Assembly: GCF_009914755.1 (NCBI RefSeq)
Contig: NC_060936.1
Reading direction: 5' to 3' (one strand)
Source of the DNA: the human T2T-CHM13v2.0 reference genome, Homo sapiens
DNA: 64,000 nt
Shown here: positions 30,412 through 44,500 of the stretch, piece after piece
Numbering within the stretch: the first letter of the stretch is position 1
Layout: each line of letters opens with the position of its first letter
Translations under genes and position numbers: made by a program
The notes under the pieces: model-generated
Databases searched by the model: none
Seen by the model: only the letters and a program-made list of their open reading frames with translations
Told to the model about the DNA's origin: nothing

Positions 30412-31428
30412 TTTCTTCCCTCTTTTTTTTATTCTGCATTCTGATCTCTGTGTCACTGTTTCTTTCTTTTTACTTGGATCTCAGCTTGTATAGTGATTTT
30501 TTAGAGAAAACCTCCAGGCCACCCAGTCTAAGTTGGTCCTTTCTATCCCATTACCTGATGGTATTTTTTGCACAGTACTTTTTCTGATACTTTTCCTCCC
30601 TCCCTTCCTCCCTTCCCCTTTGCCTTCTCCTTTCCCTTCCCCTTCCCTTCCTTCTTCCTTCCTTCCATCTCCCCTGTTAGATTCCTAGTTACATGAAAGC
30701 AGGACTTTTGCTAGCCCTGTCTCAACACTCTGGCTTAGAATGGTGCTTGGCACATAGACGCTCAATAAGTCTTGGATGAATGAATGAGTGAATGTGTTTG
30801 TGAGATGTGAGGTACGTTCACGGAGGCCGTGGTAGTGAGAGACAGAACTGGGAGACAGAGTATCAGGATAGGATGACCCACGAAGAGGAAAGATGAGCCT
30901 GGAGACCTTCTCACTTAACAAAACCCCCCCAGTTACCACTGTTCTAGGGTCTGCTTTGTTCCTGCCTGTTCCGCTCCAGCTCACTTGCATCCTGGTCTCT
31001 CGTGTCTCGTTATTCGGTCGCAGTTGCATGAGCTTCCTCAGAGCAGAGGCTGGATCTCATTTTTCACATTATATACAGAACCTAGCTACTTGTTAGTAAA
31101 AACGTGGGAACAGGGCTTCAGCTATTGCCACTTAATGATGGATAGCAATGCAACCAAGGCGTCTGAAAGGAAAGGCAGTGACGTGAACCTGAGGGATTCC
31201 ATCTGATGGGTGAGTGACAGTGGCAGGCAGAACAGAATGGGAAAATCAAGCGAGCCACTCGGGAAAAGCCGCAGGCCGAGGACGAAGGGGTCTCCTAGGA
31301 ATCTGATAAGCTCTGGCTTTTCAGAGTCTCAATTTGTCAAGTCTCGATTCCTTCCTCGGTTCCAGTGTCCTGTATGCAGATAAGGTTGTCCTGCTTCTCC
31401 CTTTGTTCTTTTCTCATTTTTCTTCTAG

Positions 31429-31461
31429 CAATAATTTATCATCTGTATCTCTGCCGAAAAG
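31429..31461 (+). other. Candidate 33-nt exon (splice signals only)
   Basis: Long polypyrimidine tract ending ttcttctag, then 33 nt, then AAG|GTAAGT; no transcript evidence. Confidence 0.3.
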
Positions 31462-32620
31462 GTAAGTGTTGTCAAGAGCAGGTTCCTCTAAGCAAAGCTA
31501 CAAAGCTATATTGAGACCATAAGCTCAGCTCTCACAAATCTGGTCTGGTTACCATAGAAACCCTGTAGAACACAGGGTACCACTTGAGTTTAAATTCTCA
31601 GACTCAAGAGTCAAAGATGACTTCTGGAAAATTAAAGTATTTAGACAATTTATTTGGGAGATGACTGTATCGTTATACAGGATGGCATTAGTGTGTCATG
31701 TAATCTTACCACATATTTCCCCTGAAAACAATGCGTGCCAATGTACCGTACGTACACAAATGCCGTTTGAATCACGTCTAGACAAATCTCCATCAATTAG
31801 TAGAATGAAATGCAATTGCATATTCCAAGGGCTTCCCTTGGATCTTTGGGAGTGCATTACATCCCTACAGTCAAAGTTCCATATTGTGTGTGTGTGTGTG
31901 AGAGTGTGCCAAGAGAATGGCTGTATCAGGCAGCTTGCAGTTCAAGTTAAGTCACAAGAATTATGCACTTTTTTGTTTCTCTGTGCAACTGGGTTCTAAA
32001 GTGTTCCATTAACAAAAGGCTGTGGTGCTTTCAAATCAGTGCTCATCCTCCAATTTGGTACATGTCAAAATATTGGCATCCCTTTGGAATTCATCACAGA
32101 TAATTACAGTCATGACAAGGTTTAACTTGTATTGTTAAAAAATGGTTGTTGTTGAGTATCTTGCAATGGCATCTCTGTGTCTTGCTTTCTGATGGGCAGG
32201 AATGTTCCTGCCACCTGTGGTTGCACCCTGTGACGGCTGCCTCAAAGGCGTTATTGTTAGGAGCAGAGTAACATAATAACGTTTGTGTTTTATGATGCCA
32301 GATACTTACATACAAAGATTTTTTTGGAGTGCATTTTTCCCAAAGCAATAGGTTTTAAGTAATGTTTGTGAAACTCACTTGAAGAAAAAAATCAGGCCAT
32401 GTTTTGCTGGGACTGACTGATGGGGATTTGTTAGGAAAAAAAATAAGACACCCAGACACCTTGCTGCCGGAAGACTGGGAGCCCCCTCCGTGGATTTTCA
32501 AGATCATTAGTCTCAGCTTCGTAACACCAAAGCTAAAATCAGAACAGAACCCTTTCCTGTGATTCTCTGACTTGAAATCTTAGACCTCTCCTATAGAAGA
32601 GACCTCAGAACAGTTTTTCT

Positions 32621-33297
32621 TTTTTCTTTTTGATTTTTTTTTAAATTTTACTTTGAGTTCTGGGACACATGTGCAGAACATGCAGGTTTGTTACACAGGT
32701 ATACGTGTACCAGGGTGGTTTGCTGCATCCATCAACCCATCATCTAGGTTTTAAGCTCCACATGCATTAGGTATTTGTCCTAATGCTCTCCCTCCCCTTG
32801 CCCCCCACCCCCTAACAGGGCCCGGTGTATGATGTTCCCCTCCCTGTGTCCATGTGTTCTCATTGTTCAACTCCTACTTATGAGTGAGAACATGCTGTGT
32901 TTGGTGTTCTGTTTCTGTGTTAGTTTGCTGAGGATGATGGCTTCCAGCTTTATCCATGTCTCTGCAAAGGACATGAACTCATCCTTTTTTATGGCTGCAT
33001 AGTATTCCATGGTATATGTGTGCCACATTTTCTTTATCAAGTCTATCATTGATGGGCATTTAGGTTGCTTTCAAGTCTTTGCTATTGTGAACAGTGCTGC
33101 AATAAACATACATGTGCATGTGTCTTTCTAGTAGAATGTTTTATAATCCTTTGGGTATATACCCCATAATGGGATTGCTGGGTTAAACAGTATTTCTGGT
33201 TCTAGATCTTTGAGGAATTGCCACATTACCTTCCACAATGCTCCAACTAATTTATACTCCCACCCAACAGTGTAAAAGTGTTCCTATTTCTCCACAT
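32621..33297 (-). mobile_element. L1PA8-like 3' fragment
   Basis: catctaggttttaagctccacatgcattaggtatttgtcctaatgc; TSD ag(a/g)acagtttttct at 32607 and 33298. Confidence 0.95.
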
Positions 33298-33399
33298 AGG
33301 ACAGTTTTTCTACAGCAAAGTCGGGGTGATTGGATGCCAGGTACTAAAACATCTCAAGAGTGATGCTACAATGAGGAAAAGAATACCCAAGCCACACAG

Positions 33400-33565
33400 T
33401 GCTTTGCTATTCCAAGTGTGGTTTTAGGATCGGCAGGGACCGCATGCCCTGGGCACTTGCTGGGAATGCAGGATCCTAGGCCCACCCCAGACCTGCTCAA
33501 TCAGGGTCTACATTTTAGACAGATCAGTAAGTTGTGTGTGCATCAAATCTGAGAATTACTCCTCC
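33400..33565. mobile_element. MER5-like hAT relic
   Basis: caagtgtgg..gaatgcaggatcctaggcccaccccagacctgctcaatcag. Confidence 0.65.
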
Positions 33566-33799
33566 AGCAAGCCAAGGAACCAAGCCATCAGTAAGTCTTG
33601 ACTGTAATACTGGAGAGTCACCTACAAGCTTCACTGGATGAAGTCACTGGAAACATGTTTCCATTGAATTAAGGAAATTAGGAATTAAGTTCCTAATCTG
33701 AAATTCCACAAATTTTAACAATGCAGTCCCATGAGGTTCTTGATAAATGGGGTATTTCTTTATTTTGTGAAACAATATTGTTATTAAGAGTATTTGCAT

Positions 33800-35163
<1,364 letters not shown>

Positions 35164-35842
35164 AAGAGTGTTTGCATCTGATTTCTAATTCAGGAGTCAA
35201 TATGTTTTTATGTTGCTGCTTGTAGGTATGTGAAAATACCACTAATTTAGACATACCCTATACTTCCTGCAGTTAAGAAGATACATTCTCTTGGATGTGA
35301 GTTTCCTAGTTGTAGAAAAAAAAGATTAAATTACCAGATTTATTCTAAAAAGATATGGAGCTGAGATGATGCCGGAAGTCTTATGCGCATGAGAGTTAAA
35401 AGGAACTGGGAGAGTCTCTGTTCCCCCTGTGTCTCCATCCAACAAGGGCAGTCTTTCCTCAAACCTGCCAGCTTTTCAGTGGATAGGCCAGAACAATGTG
35501 TGCTCTGATGTATGGAGCCCCTGCAGCAGCATTCTTGGGTCTAGAGTTTATCAGCAAATAGAATTAGAAGCAACTTTAGTTAGCACATGGATAGTGCATT
35601 AAACTAGCATTGAGATACATGGCGAGGTACAGGTCTTCTCTCCCCGATTCCAGCCATGGTTCTGAGTCTTTTACAGAGGTGGTATCAGTCTGGTGCCCAT
35701 ATGGTCTCACAACCCTTTAAACACTGCTCATCCTACCAATCCTACTTCCTCATCTTTTTTTTAAACAAAGAGCAGTAGGCCTTTTCCTGGCAAGAAGATG
35801 CTCTGGAATTGTTTTACAATATATTTATTTTAACAATTATTT

Positions 35843-36154
<312 letters not shown>

Positions 36155-36235
36155 TTACTACAAATGATAACAATAATGAAGGTGATGTAAAATATCTTTG
36201 AAAATATATTTATTAAATTAAAAGTTGAGTCCATT

Positions 36236-36555
36236 GGCCAGATACAGTGGCTCAGGCCTGTAATCCTAGCACTTTGGGAGGTTGAGGCGGGACGATTCCT
36301 TGAGGCCAGGAGTTTAAGACTAGCCTGGTCAACAGTGTGAGACCCCACCTTTTTAAAAACTTAAACAATTAGCCAGGTGTCGTGGCACACAGCTGTAACC
36401 CCAGCTAATTGGGAGACTGAGGCAGAAGGATCACTTGAGCCCAAGAGTTCAATTGCTGTAGTGAGCCATGATTGCACCACTGCACTACAGCCTGGGTGAC
36501 AAAGCAAAACTCAGTCTCTAAAAAATATAAAATAAAATAAAATAATAATAAAAAT
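36236..36555 (+). mobile_element. AluJ (Jo-like)
   Basis: ggatcacttgagcccaagagttc..gtgagccatgattg; (TAAAA)n tail. Confidence 0.93.
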
Positions 36556-37399
36556 AACTCAAGTCTATTTAAAGAAGAGCACTAAGTTTATAACAGAAAT
36601 AGGAACATAGAACTACCCCAAATCATGAGACTTATACTTGAATAACTAAAATTTGGGTAATGTTGCTGTGAGGAAACAATGATATATCTATTCACTCTCT
36701 AGTAGAGACATATTTCTGTGCTTCTTGCTAACTCTGACAAGAAACTAAAAAACACAAACTACACGCTCAGGAAACTTCATATCCCCTGGAGCTGAGACAC
36801 ACAAAATAAGTCATTCTAGACAGATACCAGGTAGCCCAGACACCACAGTTCAGGGGATGCTGGAATAAGGAGATCAAGGTCAGGGCCGCCTGCATTCCAT
36901 GTTTGTTCAGCAATCACTTTCTGGCTTCTCCCGGGCTCAGGTCCCATGTGAGTTGCTAAAGCAATGCCTGGAAGCGGGGATCTCACCTGCCTGGAGGAGC
37001 ACCATCTAGAGGTGTCCCAGAAAAAATAAAGAACGAGAGCAGGTCCCAGAAATAAGAGAGAATAAGGTTGCTACGTTTGGGGTCTTGACATTTTCAGACA
37101 CCTTCTAGAGTGACCCCAACAAGCAAGCCTAGAGGGCTGTGAGGTCGAGTTGGAAATCAAGAGTGATTTGGTAGATAGGAACAGCGTGGGCCATGCTGCA
37201 GTCCAGGCGTGTTTAGCAGGAGTTCAATCTCTTATCCCGCAGTCTGCTTTCCAGGCACGTGGATGCACAGGTTTGTTTGTTTGTTTGTTTGTTTGTTTTC
37301 TCAAGACAGAAGCAGGTCTTCCAATATTAACACATGATAGCCAGGTTCTTCCCCCAAACTAGATTTCACCCTCCACCCTCCCTAACCCCTAAAGGAAAT

Positions 37400-38230
37400 T
37401 GCCAAGGATTTGCCCACTCGGGGAAAATGATACTTATGTAATTCATTGACCATTCTTCCACGTGGAATTTCTCTTCGTATTATTACCCAAAGATAAAACG
37501 CTTGCCACCTAAGGCACCATTTTCTTGAATAGCAGCTTTCATGGGAAACTCAGTTATCGGCAACTCTGAACGTTATACTGTCAAAGCGTGGAGAGCGTGC
37601 CAATTTTTTTCTCAGATAGCTTTCAAGGACACTTACAATAAATATATGAAAGAGAGCTACTTATAAGCCAGGGATTTATGGAATTTGTCAGTTGTTTGTG
37701 TCCCTCCCTTTGTCCATAGCATTAAGATTTGCTGTTTGTGCGGAATTATCCACTGACCTAAATCCTAGCAAGCTATCAAAGTCTGTTTCCCAGATAAAGT
37801 CGTGCAGGCGTGTGATACATTTATCAGTTCCAGGCATGCAGCCACTTCATGGAGGTGGCTTTTTGTGTCTCCTCTCAGCACCAGACAAAGAGGAAACTAC
37901 AAATGAATCACAGCCCACTTACGCCGATAGTTTTAAACAATTACTAAGTGTTTATTATTTAAAAAGTACAATAACAGGATCCTTGCCTCCTCGTTTCCTG
38001 CAAACTTTTAAAGTATAATGACATGCAATTTGTTTACCTAATGCACAGCCCTGAGAATTAATGACAAGGCCAAACGGATTTATTGTTCTTACATTATGCA
38101 AAATGCTCTGGGTACATCATGCCTCATTATGCAAAATCAAAACCATTGCTATTCACTTGAGTGTGTCTCAATGTGTCCGCACCAGGTGCCCTTCGTGACT
38201 GGCTGCTGTGTCTGTCAGAATCCTGCTGCC
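37400..38230. promoter_or_regulatory. Putative enhancer: repeat-free island with GATA and NKX2 motif cluster
   Basis: WGATAR at 37491, 37614, 37773, 37792, 37821; NKX-type CACTT/AAGTG at 37842, 37915, 37945, 38153; motif evidence only. Confidence 0.4.
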
Positions 38231-40111
38231 TAAAACTTCAAAGTAAGAAAGTAACCCAAGTCTTGGAGGAGATTCTAAGTCTGACCAAAGGCTAAGGCTT
38301 CCAAAGCCAGCATAAATGGACGAGCACAAAGGGGCTTAATAATATAAAGGTGAATTTCAGGGCCTTAGAACATGGGTGTGGGTGAGAACAGTGGGTGTGT
38401 GGAGAACAAAAACTATGGAAACAAGCCTGGCTTTTTCCTTTTCTTTTATTTTTTCTCACTAAAGATATTTGTGCTTGTGTGTCTGAGTCTCTTTAGAAGA
38501 AGAGATGTATTTTCCTCAACAATGAGGTCCAGACTTAGAGGTATTTGTGTCAAATTAAGGCTTCCACTGTATTTTGAAATGTTTGATATGAAAAAGTTGT
38601 ATTCACACAGAGATCTACTCTTACTGCCACAAAGAATTTCAATATTAAATTTGTCGAGGAAAGAAAAGGATACCATTTCAACGGCTGTCCAGTTTTGAAT
38701 GCTTGTACAAATGATTTTTAAAATTCTTTATCCCTTACTCATTGCTGCTATCAGGAATTTGAAAGAATTATTAAAAATGATTTGATGTAGCCATTTCAGG
38801 AATAAAGCCAGATATTTAAAAGTTGTGCTCAGTCATGCAAACCAAAGTTGCTCATTTAAAAATTTAAAAGATTACATTTGAAAGTCAGAAACAAATTTAG
38901 TATCTCAATTTTTTAAATTGCCCGTATTGTGTTTTTCTTATCAGAATCATATCATATGAAGAAAAAAACAACTTTTCCAGGAAGCCTCATAGATTCTCCG
39001 GAAGCCTCTCCTATGTCCTCTGGTGACACTCATGATGTGAATATGACAAAGTTTGGAAAATACTGACCCAGAGGATGGATCCTTAGGCTTAAGAACTCCC
39101 TGGTTCATCTCACGGCGTCTTTTAAAACTCCACTCTCTATACAGAGAGCAGCAAATGTCCTAAATGACCACCAGTCTTCTGGTTGCCCACCTTTCTTTTG
39201 CAGTGAGAAACTCCAAGCTTGAATGAGAGATCGGGGAGCCCAGAACCAAGCCAGGAATCAGCAGAAAAGGACTGGGTCAAGGATGAGTCTTCTCAAAGAC
39301 AGACCTCGTCTTCAGCCAGCTAGGGTCTGGTTCTAACTGCTCACTCCTTTACATAAGCCCCAAGCTCCCAACTCCAATGGAAACGATGAATGTGCATTGA
39401 TTTGGGTGTTCCCTGTGGCCTCTCTGAGAAACGCAGCAGCCAAGTTCATATCGCGGTGATGGACTTCCTAGGTGCTGGGCAAGGGAGACCCAGGGCACAA
39501 TCATTTCCTGGCCTGGGAATTACTCAGTGGTAACTGGGTCACCATGCACATGAAACGCAGACCACACTGAACATATACAGTCCAGGCTCTGCTACATCAT
39601 GCTGTTATGTAGCTGCTGGGGACATCTGGAAGGTCAGTGAAAAATCTGGAGAAGCAAGGAAGCGACTGGTTCAGAAAGAAGCCACCATGATCTTATCTCA
39701 TGCCATGCACTCCAAGGCTCCATCTTAACCCCCGTCTTGCATCCGGGTCTCAGCCAGGCTTGGTTTCAGGAGGAGAAGACAGAACTCTTGACTGTCTAGG
39801 GCCAAGAAGCCATTTGACTGTGTTTGAATTCCTCTTTAGGAAACATGAAATGACTGCCGTTCAAATGAGGTCCCTCCAGCATTAAGAACTTCTGTGGGCT
39901 TTGGCTCTGGGAGGAATAAAGACAATTTTGCCTTTTAAAAGGGATCAAGCTTCCTTTCCCTTCAAGGAAACCGCTAAACGGGTCCCAAACTGTCCAGAGA
40001 ATAAAAGAAATGCAGAGAAATTAGCAGGAGACAGGATACGTGTCATGGGTGTTAACAACTAGCTTAATTTGGGGCAATATTTAGATATCATTTTCTTCCT
40101 GTTGTCTGACT

Positions 40112-40430
40112 CAAAGGTCACAGACATAGGCCTGGATGGGGCCAAGAATGAAGTGGTTGTGTAGGTCCTGAGGCCAAATGCAAATTATAAGGACTGAGTG
40201 GAGGTGCGCCTCCAGGCTTCGGGTGGTTGGTATCAAGCAGGATTCCAGCCGGTGTGGCAGTTTCTAGTTTTATAAGAGAACTCAGAAATGCAAACTTTAT
40301 GTAAATTTTTCTTATGTTAAATTTAGCCACGAAATTTAATTAAAAACAAAACAAAACACACAAAAAGAACCTGTGCAGCCCAAATACAACATTTCTGACT
40401 CATGGGACGGCAGTCTGCAGTTTTCAATTT
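40112..40430 (-). mobile_element. MER102-like relic
   Basis: gtgtggcagtttctagttttataagagaactcagaaatgcaaactttatgtaaatt. Confidence 0.5.
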
Positions 40431-41820
40431 AAAGGGAAAAGTTGATATCACCTAATTAATGTTTAAGAAACACACATAGGAAATAGGATTTTCTCTTGGA
40501 GGATAACAGTCAGTGCCTAAATTCAGTGGAGTGATAACACGTTAAGTAAGTGTAACTCTAATGGACCTTGGCGAAATACTAAATTCTGTGGCAAAGGATT
40601 CTTTTTTCTACTTCCTCTTCTTCCTAAAGAATTTTTTTTGGGAATGGGGACTTTTTACTTATTTAGGAAAGAACTGAAACCTGCAACAGAAGTAGCAAGC
40701 CACATTTTACATCCTTTGAAAAAGAAAGTAAAAATATCGCTCTTCTCTAATAGCGATATTCTTTAATATTTGATTTCCTTAACTTGATTTTTTTTTTTGA
40801 GGGGGGTATAAAATCGAAAACCTACAAAATCTTTCAGTAGAGAGATCTGGTAATGAATTAGAGTGAATCCTTTAAGGGAATACACCCATTGGCAATCCCA
40901 CCATCCTCAAATGTGGAGCTATATTCTCACGAGCGAAAACTGGGAAACTGAAAAAAATCTTCCGTTCATTCTTCCCCCCAGCACTGCTGCACAACTTAGA
41001 AAAATCAAGAACAGCACAAGCGTCCGATGGTGATCTCATGTTTTACGCAGCCACGTGCAATTCACTTCTAAATGACATGACTTCATAAAGGACAGAGTCA
41101 GATAATTCCATTGTATCTGAAGTTAAGTATGTTAATGTGGCTGAATTAATTTTCTTGGTGTTAAAGTGCAAACTAGGCTAATAAAAGTGACACATTGACT
41201 TTTCCAGAGAATGATGTTCTGCTTATAAGGAATGGCAGCGTAAATGAAAATTAGCCTCAAGACAATGTTAATTACACTTTATCCATTAGTAGGAGGGTAA
41301 TTGAATCACTCATTTCACAGCAAAGAAAACCCTGCTGTCTTCATAAAGGGAAACTATAGTATTTAATGTTCTAATTAAGGCCTAACAATGTAGCTGAATA
41401 TAGAGGAAAGAAAGTGAAATACACATAGTACAGGAGAGATAGAAACCATGAGTGCCATCTTGTTGAATTCTTTTAGTACTCTCTTCATCCCTCTAATTTG
41501 TAACTAGACATTTCATAAAAGGAGTGAAAGACTGGTGGGATAATTTTAACATAAAGATTCTGATCTATAAAACATGTGCAATATCCATGACACATGCATT
41601 TACCCTGGGAATGCACAAAACGGGTTTATTACTGCAGATACGATTTAAAACAATATAATTACACATAGTGTTTGCAGTGGATTCATAATATAAGATTTGC
41701 TTTTTTCCAAAACAAATAAATGAAAATCAGATGATTGTTTCCTTATACAACAGACTTTTCCTTAGGACGTTCACTAAGTCAAAAGCACCTTCCATACTCC
41801 ACCACAGAAAGTGAGAAGTC

Positions 41821-42123
41821 AGGAACTATATTATTAGCTCTTATGGGTCTCCAGGTTAGTGACTGCATATTTTGGGATTTCTCAGCCTCCATAAGTATGT
41901 AAGCCATTTGTTTGTAATATCTATCTATCTATCTACCTACCTATCATCTATCAATCATCTGTCATCTATCTTCTATCTTAGCTTATCTATCTAATTATCC
42001 ATTTTATCTATTCATCCACCCATTTATTCATCTATCTATCTTCTATTATCTGTCATATATATAATATATATACACACAAACATATATCCTATTGGTTTTG
42101 TTTCTCCAGAGAAACTTAATACA
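41821..42123 (+). mobile_element. 3' half of an MLT2 LTR
   Basis: gggtctccag..gactgcatattttgggatttctcagcctccataa..tcctattggttttgtttctccagagaaacttaataca. Confidence 0.75.
41918..42055 (+). repeat. Imperfect (TATC)n microsatellite
   Basis: tatctatctatctatctacctacctatcatctatc... Confidence 0.85.
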
Positions 42124-42864
42124 GGATTCTAGTATGATGTCAACTTTTGGAACTTCCTAGGTCTCTTGGTGGGCTGGTAATATCTAAGGTCATTTTCGCC
42201 ACAATATTTTGAAATTTATTTTCTTAAAATGTGGTCCATCTACACTCTTTACTCCTTTCTCTGGCGAATATGAAACCCCCAGGAAATAAGGCCACTTTCT
42301 GAGATTCTTCTTACTTCTATAGTACCAACCAGGCCTTCTTTGCTAATCAGAAAATAACTCAGGATAGCAATTGTCTTCGCCATACTCTATTCTCAGAGAA
42401 ATGGAACAGTCATTAAGGCAGGTCAAGAATTAAGAGCTTTGTCTTTCACTGAATACATACCCAACGGATGCCCCATACTGTCCTGATCCCTACTTTATCT
42501 TACCCCCACTTCAGATTTATAGTCTTAACCAGGAAGGTGTCATTTGTAACCTCCATCTGGTCAGGATGTGCACACACACACAACTGTGGCACTTCTATGT
42601 TTCAGGTTTTTTTGTTTGTTTGTTTGTTTTTTTACTGTCAATCAATAAATAAATTCTTTTTTTTAAAAAAAAAAAAAGAAAGAAAATGAGAAGTCTGCTG
42701 AGCAGAGTTCCTGCCAAGGCTGCTTGTGGTTATGTCTTGACATCCCAGAGGCTTGTTCGTGAATTCTGTTGATGGAGAGGCATTTGTTTTGCACTCTTTG
42801 GCATAATATGGTTAATCTACATCATAAACTCATGGAGACCAGAAGGAATCTTCCTGACGCCCCC

Positions 42865-43358
42865 GTAGCAGACCACACTGCTTATCTGTATTCAGTTATC
42901 CTCTATGATTGCATAAACAGTATAATTAATTCTTCCCCACCCTCTCTGCATCCACTGTGAAAGCTGGATGATAACAGCTCCCAGCTCCCATTGGCCAAAA
43001 GCCAAGACCTGCCTTTGGCCAGCCAGTGGAAGCTGTTTCTCCTGGTATTACCTGGGAGGTTATGGCTCCCTCAAACCTCCTCAAACTACCGCCAAAGCCT
43101 GGTTGAAAGGGAAAACAAAAGACCAGGTGTCTTTCCTCAATGGGGCTCAACTCAGTGATGGCATCTATGCTCCAGCCCTCCCTGTGGGGTTGGTGGAGGG
43201 TAGACCTCCGTGAACCCGCTCCATTGCCTGGTTTCCTGCCTTGCCTGATTCCCTTCCTTGTCTCCTTATAGGTTTCTCCTAAGAATACTCCCTCCATCAA
43301 TCCCTTCCACAAGAAACCTCATCCCAGCCTCCACTCCTACAAAACCCAACCTAAGATG
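42865..43358 (+). mobile_element. LTR16-like ERVL LTR
   Basis: aactcagtgatggcatctatgctccagccctccctgtggg..aagaaacctcatcccagcctc..aacccaacctaaga. Confidence 0.65.
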
Positions 43359-44319
43359 AAGTCAGAGCTACAACATCCACAACCAAAAGATGAGATAAGA
43401 GTGAGGAAACACTGAGGTTTGCTGAGAAGGCAGCTACTACTTGTCTCAACCCTGGTCTGAATTCTAAGGGGAATAATGGCATCTCCAGGTGGGATTGGGA
43501 ATATGAGACCAGAGGGAGCTTATCCCTCCCCCTAGTTCCAACCCAGGCAGAGCCCGGTTGCTGACAAGGCTCATAGTACCCCTGGAAGACAGCAGCTGAG
43601 CACATAAAAAAATATCTGCATGAAAGTGAGGTTGGGGACAGATTCAGAGTTTCCTGCAGCTCCCAATGGCATAGCAGTGAAAGTCCTCACATCTGTAGAT
43701 GGCACAGATCTGAGGTCCAGATGAACACCAGCTACGATCCGGGCTGACTAAAAACCGAAGACCAGGTGGAACGATTTTCCTGGAGATTTGGCAACCCTCT
43801 CCTGACCTCCATGTGTGGCAATAAGAAAACTGCACTGAGTTTATATTCAATCCTGAGGCAAGTGTGAGTTTGGATTTTGGATCATCTGGGAGGTAGGTGG
43901 AATGTAGGTGAAAATGGAAATTAAGTTGAAAATTAGAAAACTCCACAGAAATTTACATTTCTTGCATATCTGAGTTACTGAGATGACGGTTGTACCCAGG
44001 AGACCTCAAGCGTGCTTCAGATCATGATAATCTATTGGAGGACATAGCCAAAAGCACAGGCAATGGAAAAGAAAGAATCTCAACTATGATTGCTGGACTG
44101 GTGATGCTTTTCTCACTCGTGGGGCCAGATGAATGCACTCTGGTCAGTAAAGTCTTGTGGTCATCATGTCTGCCTTTCTGGTCATCTGTTCCAGAATGCA
44201 TGAGTTTTCTGGGTACGACAGGATAAAGAACTTCTGATTCCCAAGTCTTCTCAGGGGCTCTACTTATACTAAGTATCTGAGGGGATTTGCCAGGCAGGAG
44301 CTGATACCTATAGATCTGT

Positions 44320-44495
44320 CATTCACTGACTCATTCATTCATTCATACACTCATCCATTCAATTTTTCATTTGGGCATTCAGGAATCAAATAACTACTTT
44401 GGAGCATCTACGATAAACTAGGCATTGTTCTTGGCTCTGGGCATTCAGCAGTGATGACAACAGAAAAGGAGTGACTCTGGTAGAAATTACCTTCG
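44320..44495 (-). mobile_element. L2 3' end
   Basis: (CATT)n, gagcatctac..aggcattgttcttggctctggg. Confidence 0.65.
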
Positions 44496-44500
44496 ACCTT

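Larger units (their letters stand above)
41821..42680 (+). pseudogene. Retrotransposed copy of a non-L1/non-Alu polyadenylated RNA (orphan transduction or non-coding retrocopy)
   Basis: TSD agaaa(g/a)tgagaagtc at 41806 and 42681; AATAAA at 42644; A13 at 42665; 5' end cuts into an MLT2 LTR. Confidence 0.7.

Noticed and set aside
32205-32225. CTCF-like motif (also ~43690 and ~58430)
   Set aside because: Mismatches at core positions; not distinguishable from chance without PWM or ChIP data
43360-43990. Possible ancient Gypsy-type LTR (also ~54200-55350 around MER1A)
   Set aside because: Only a terminal-motif resemblance (catttcttgcatatctgagt); family cannot be supported
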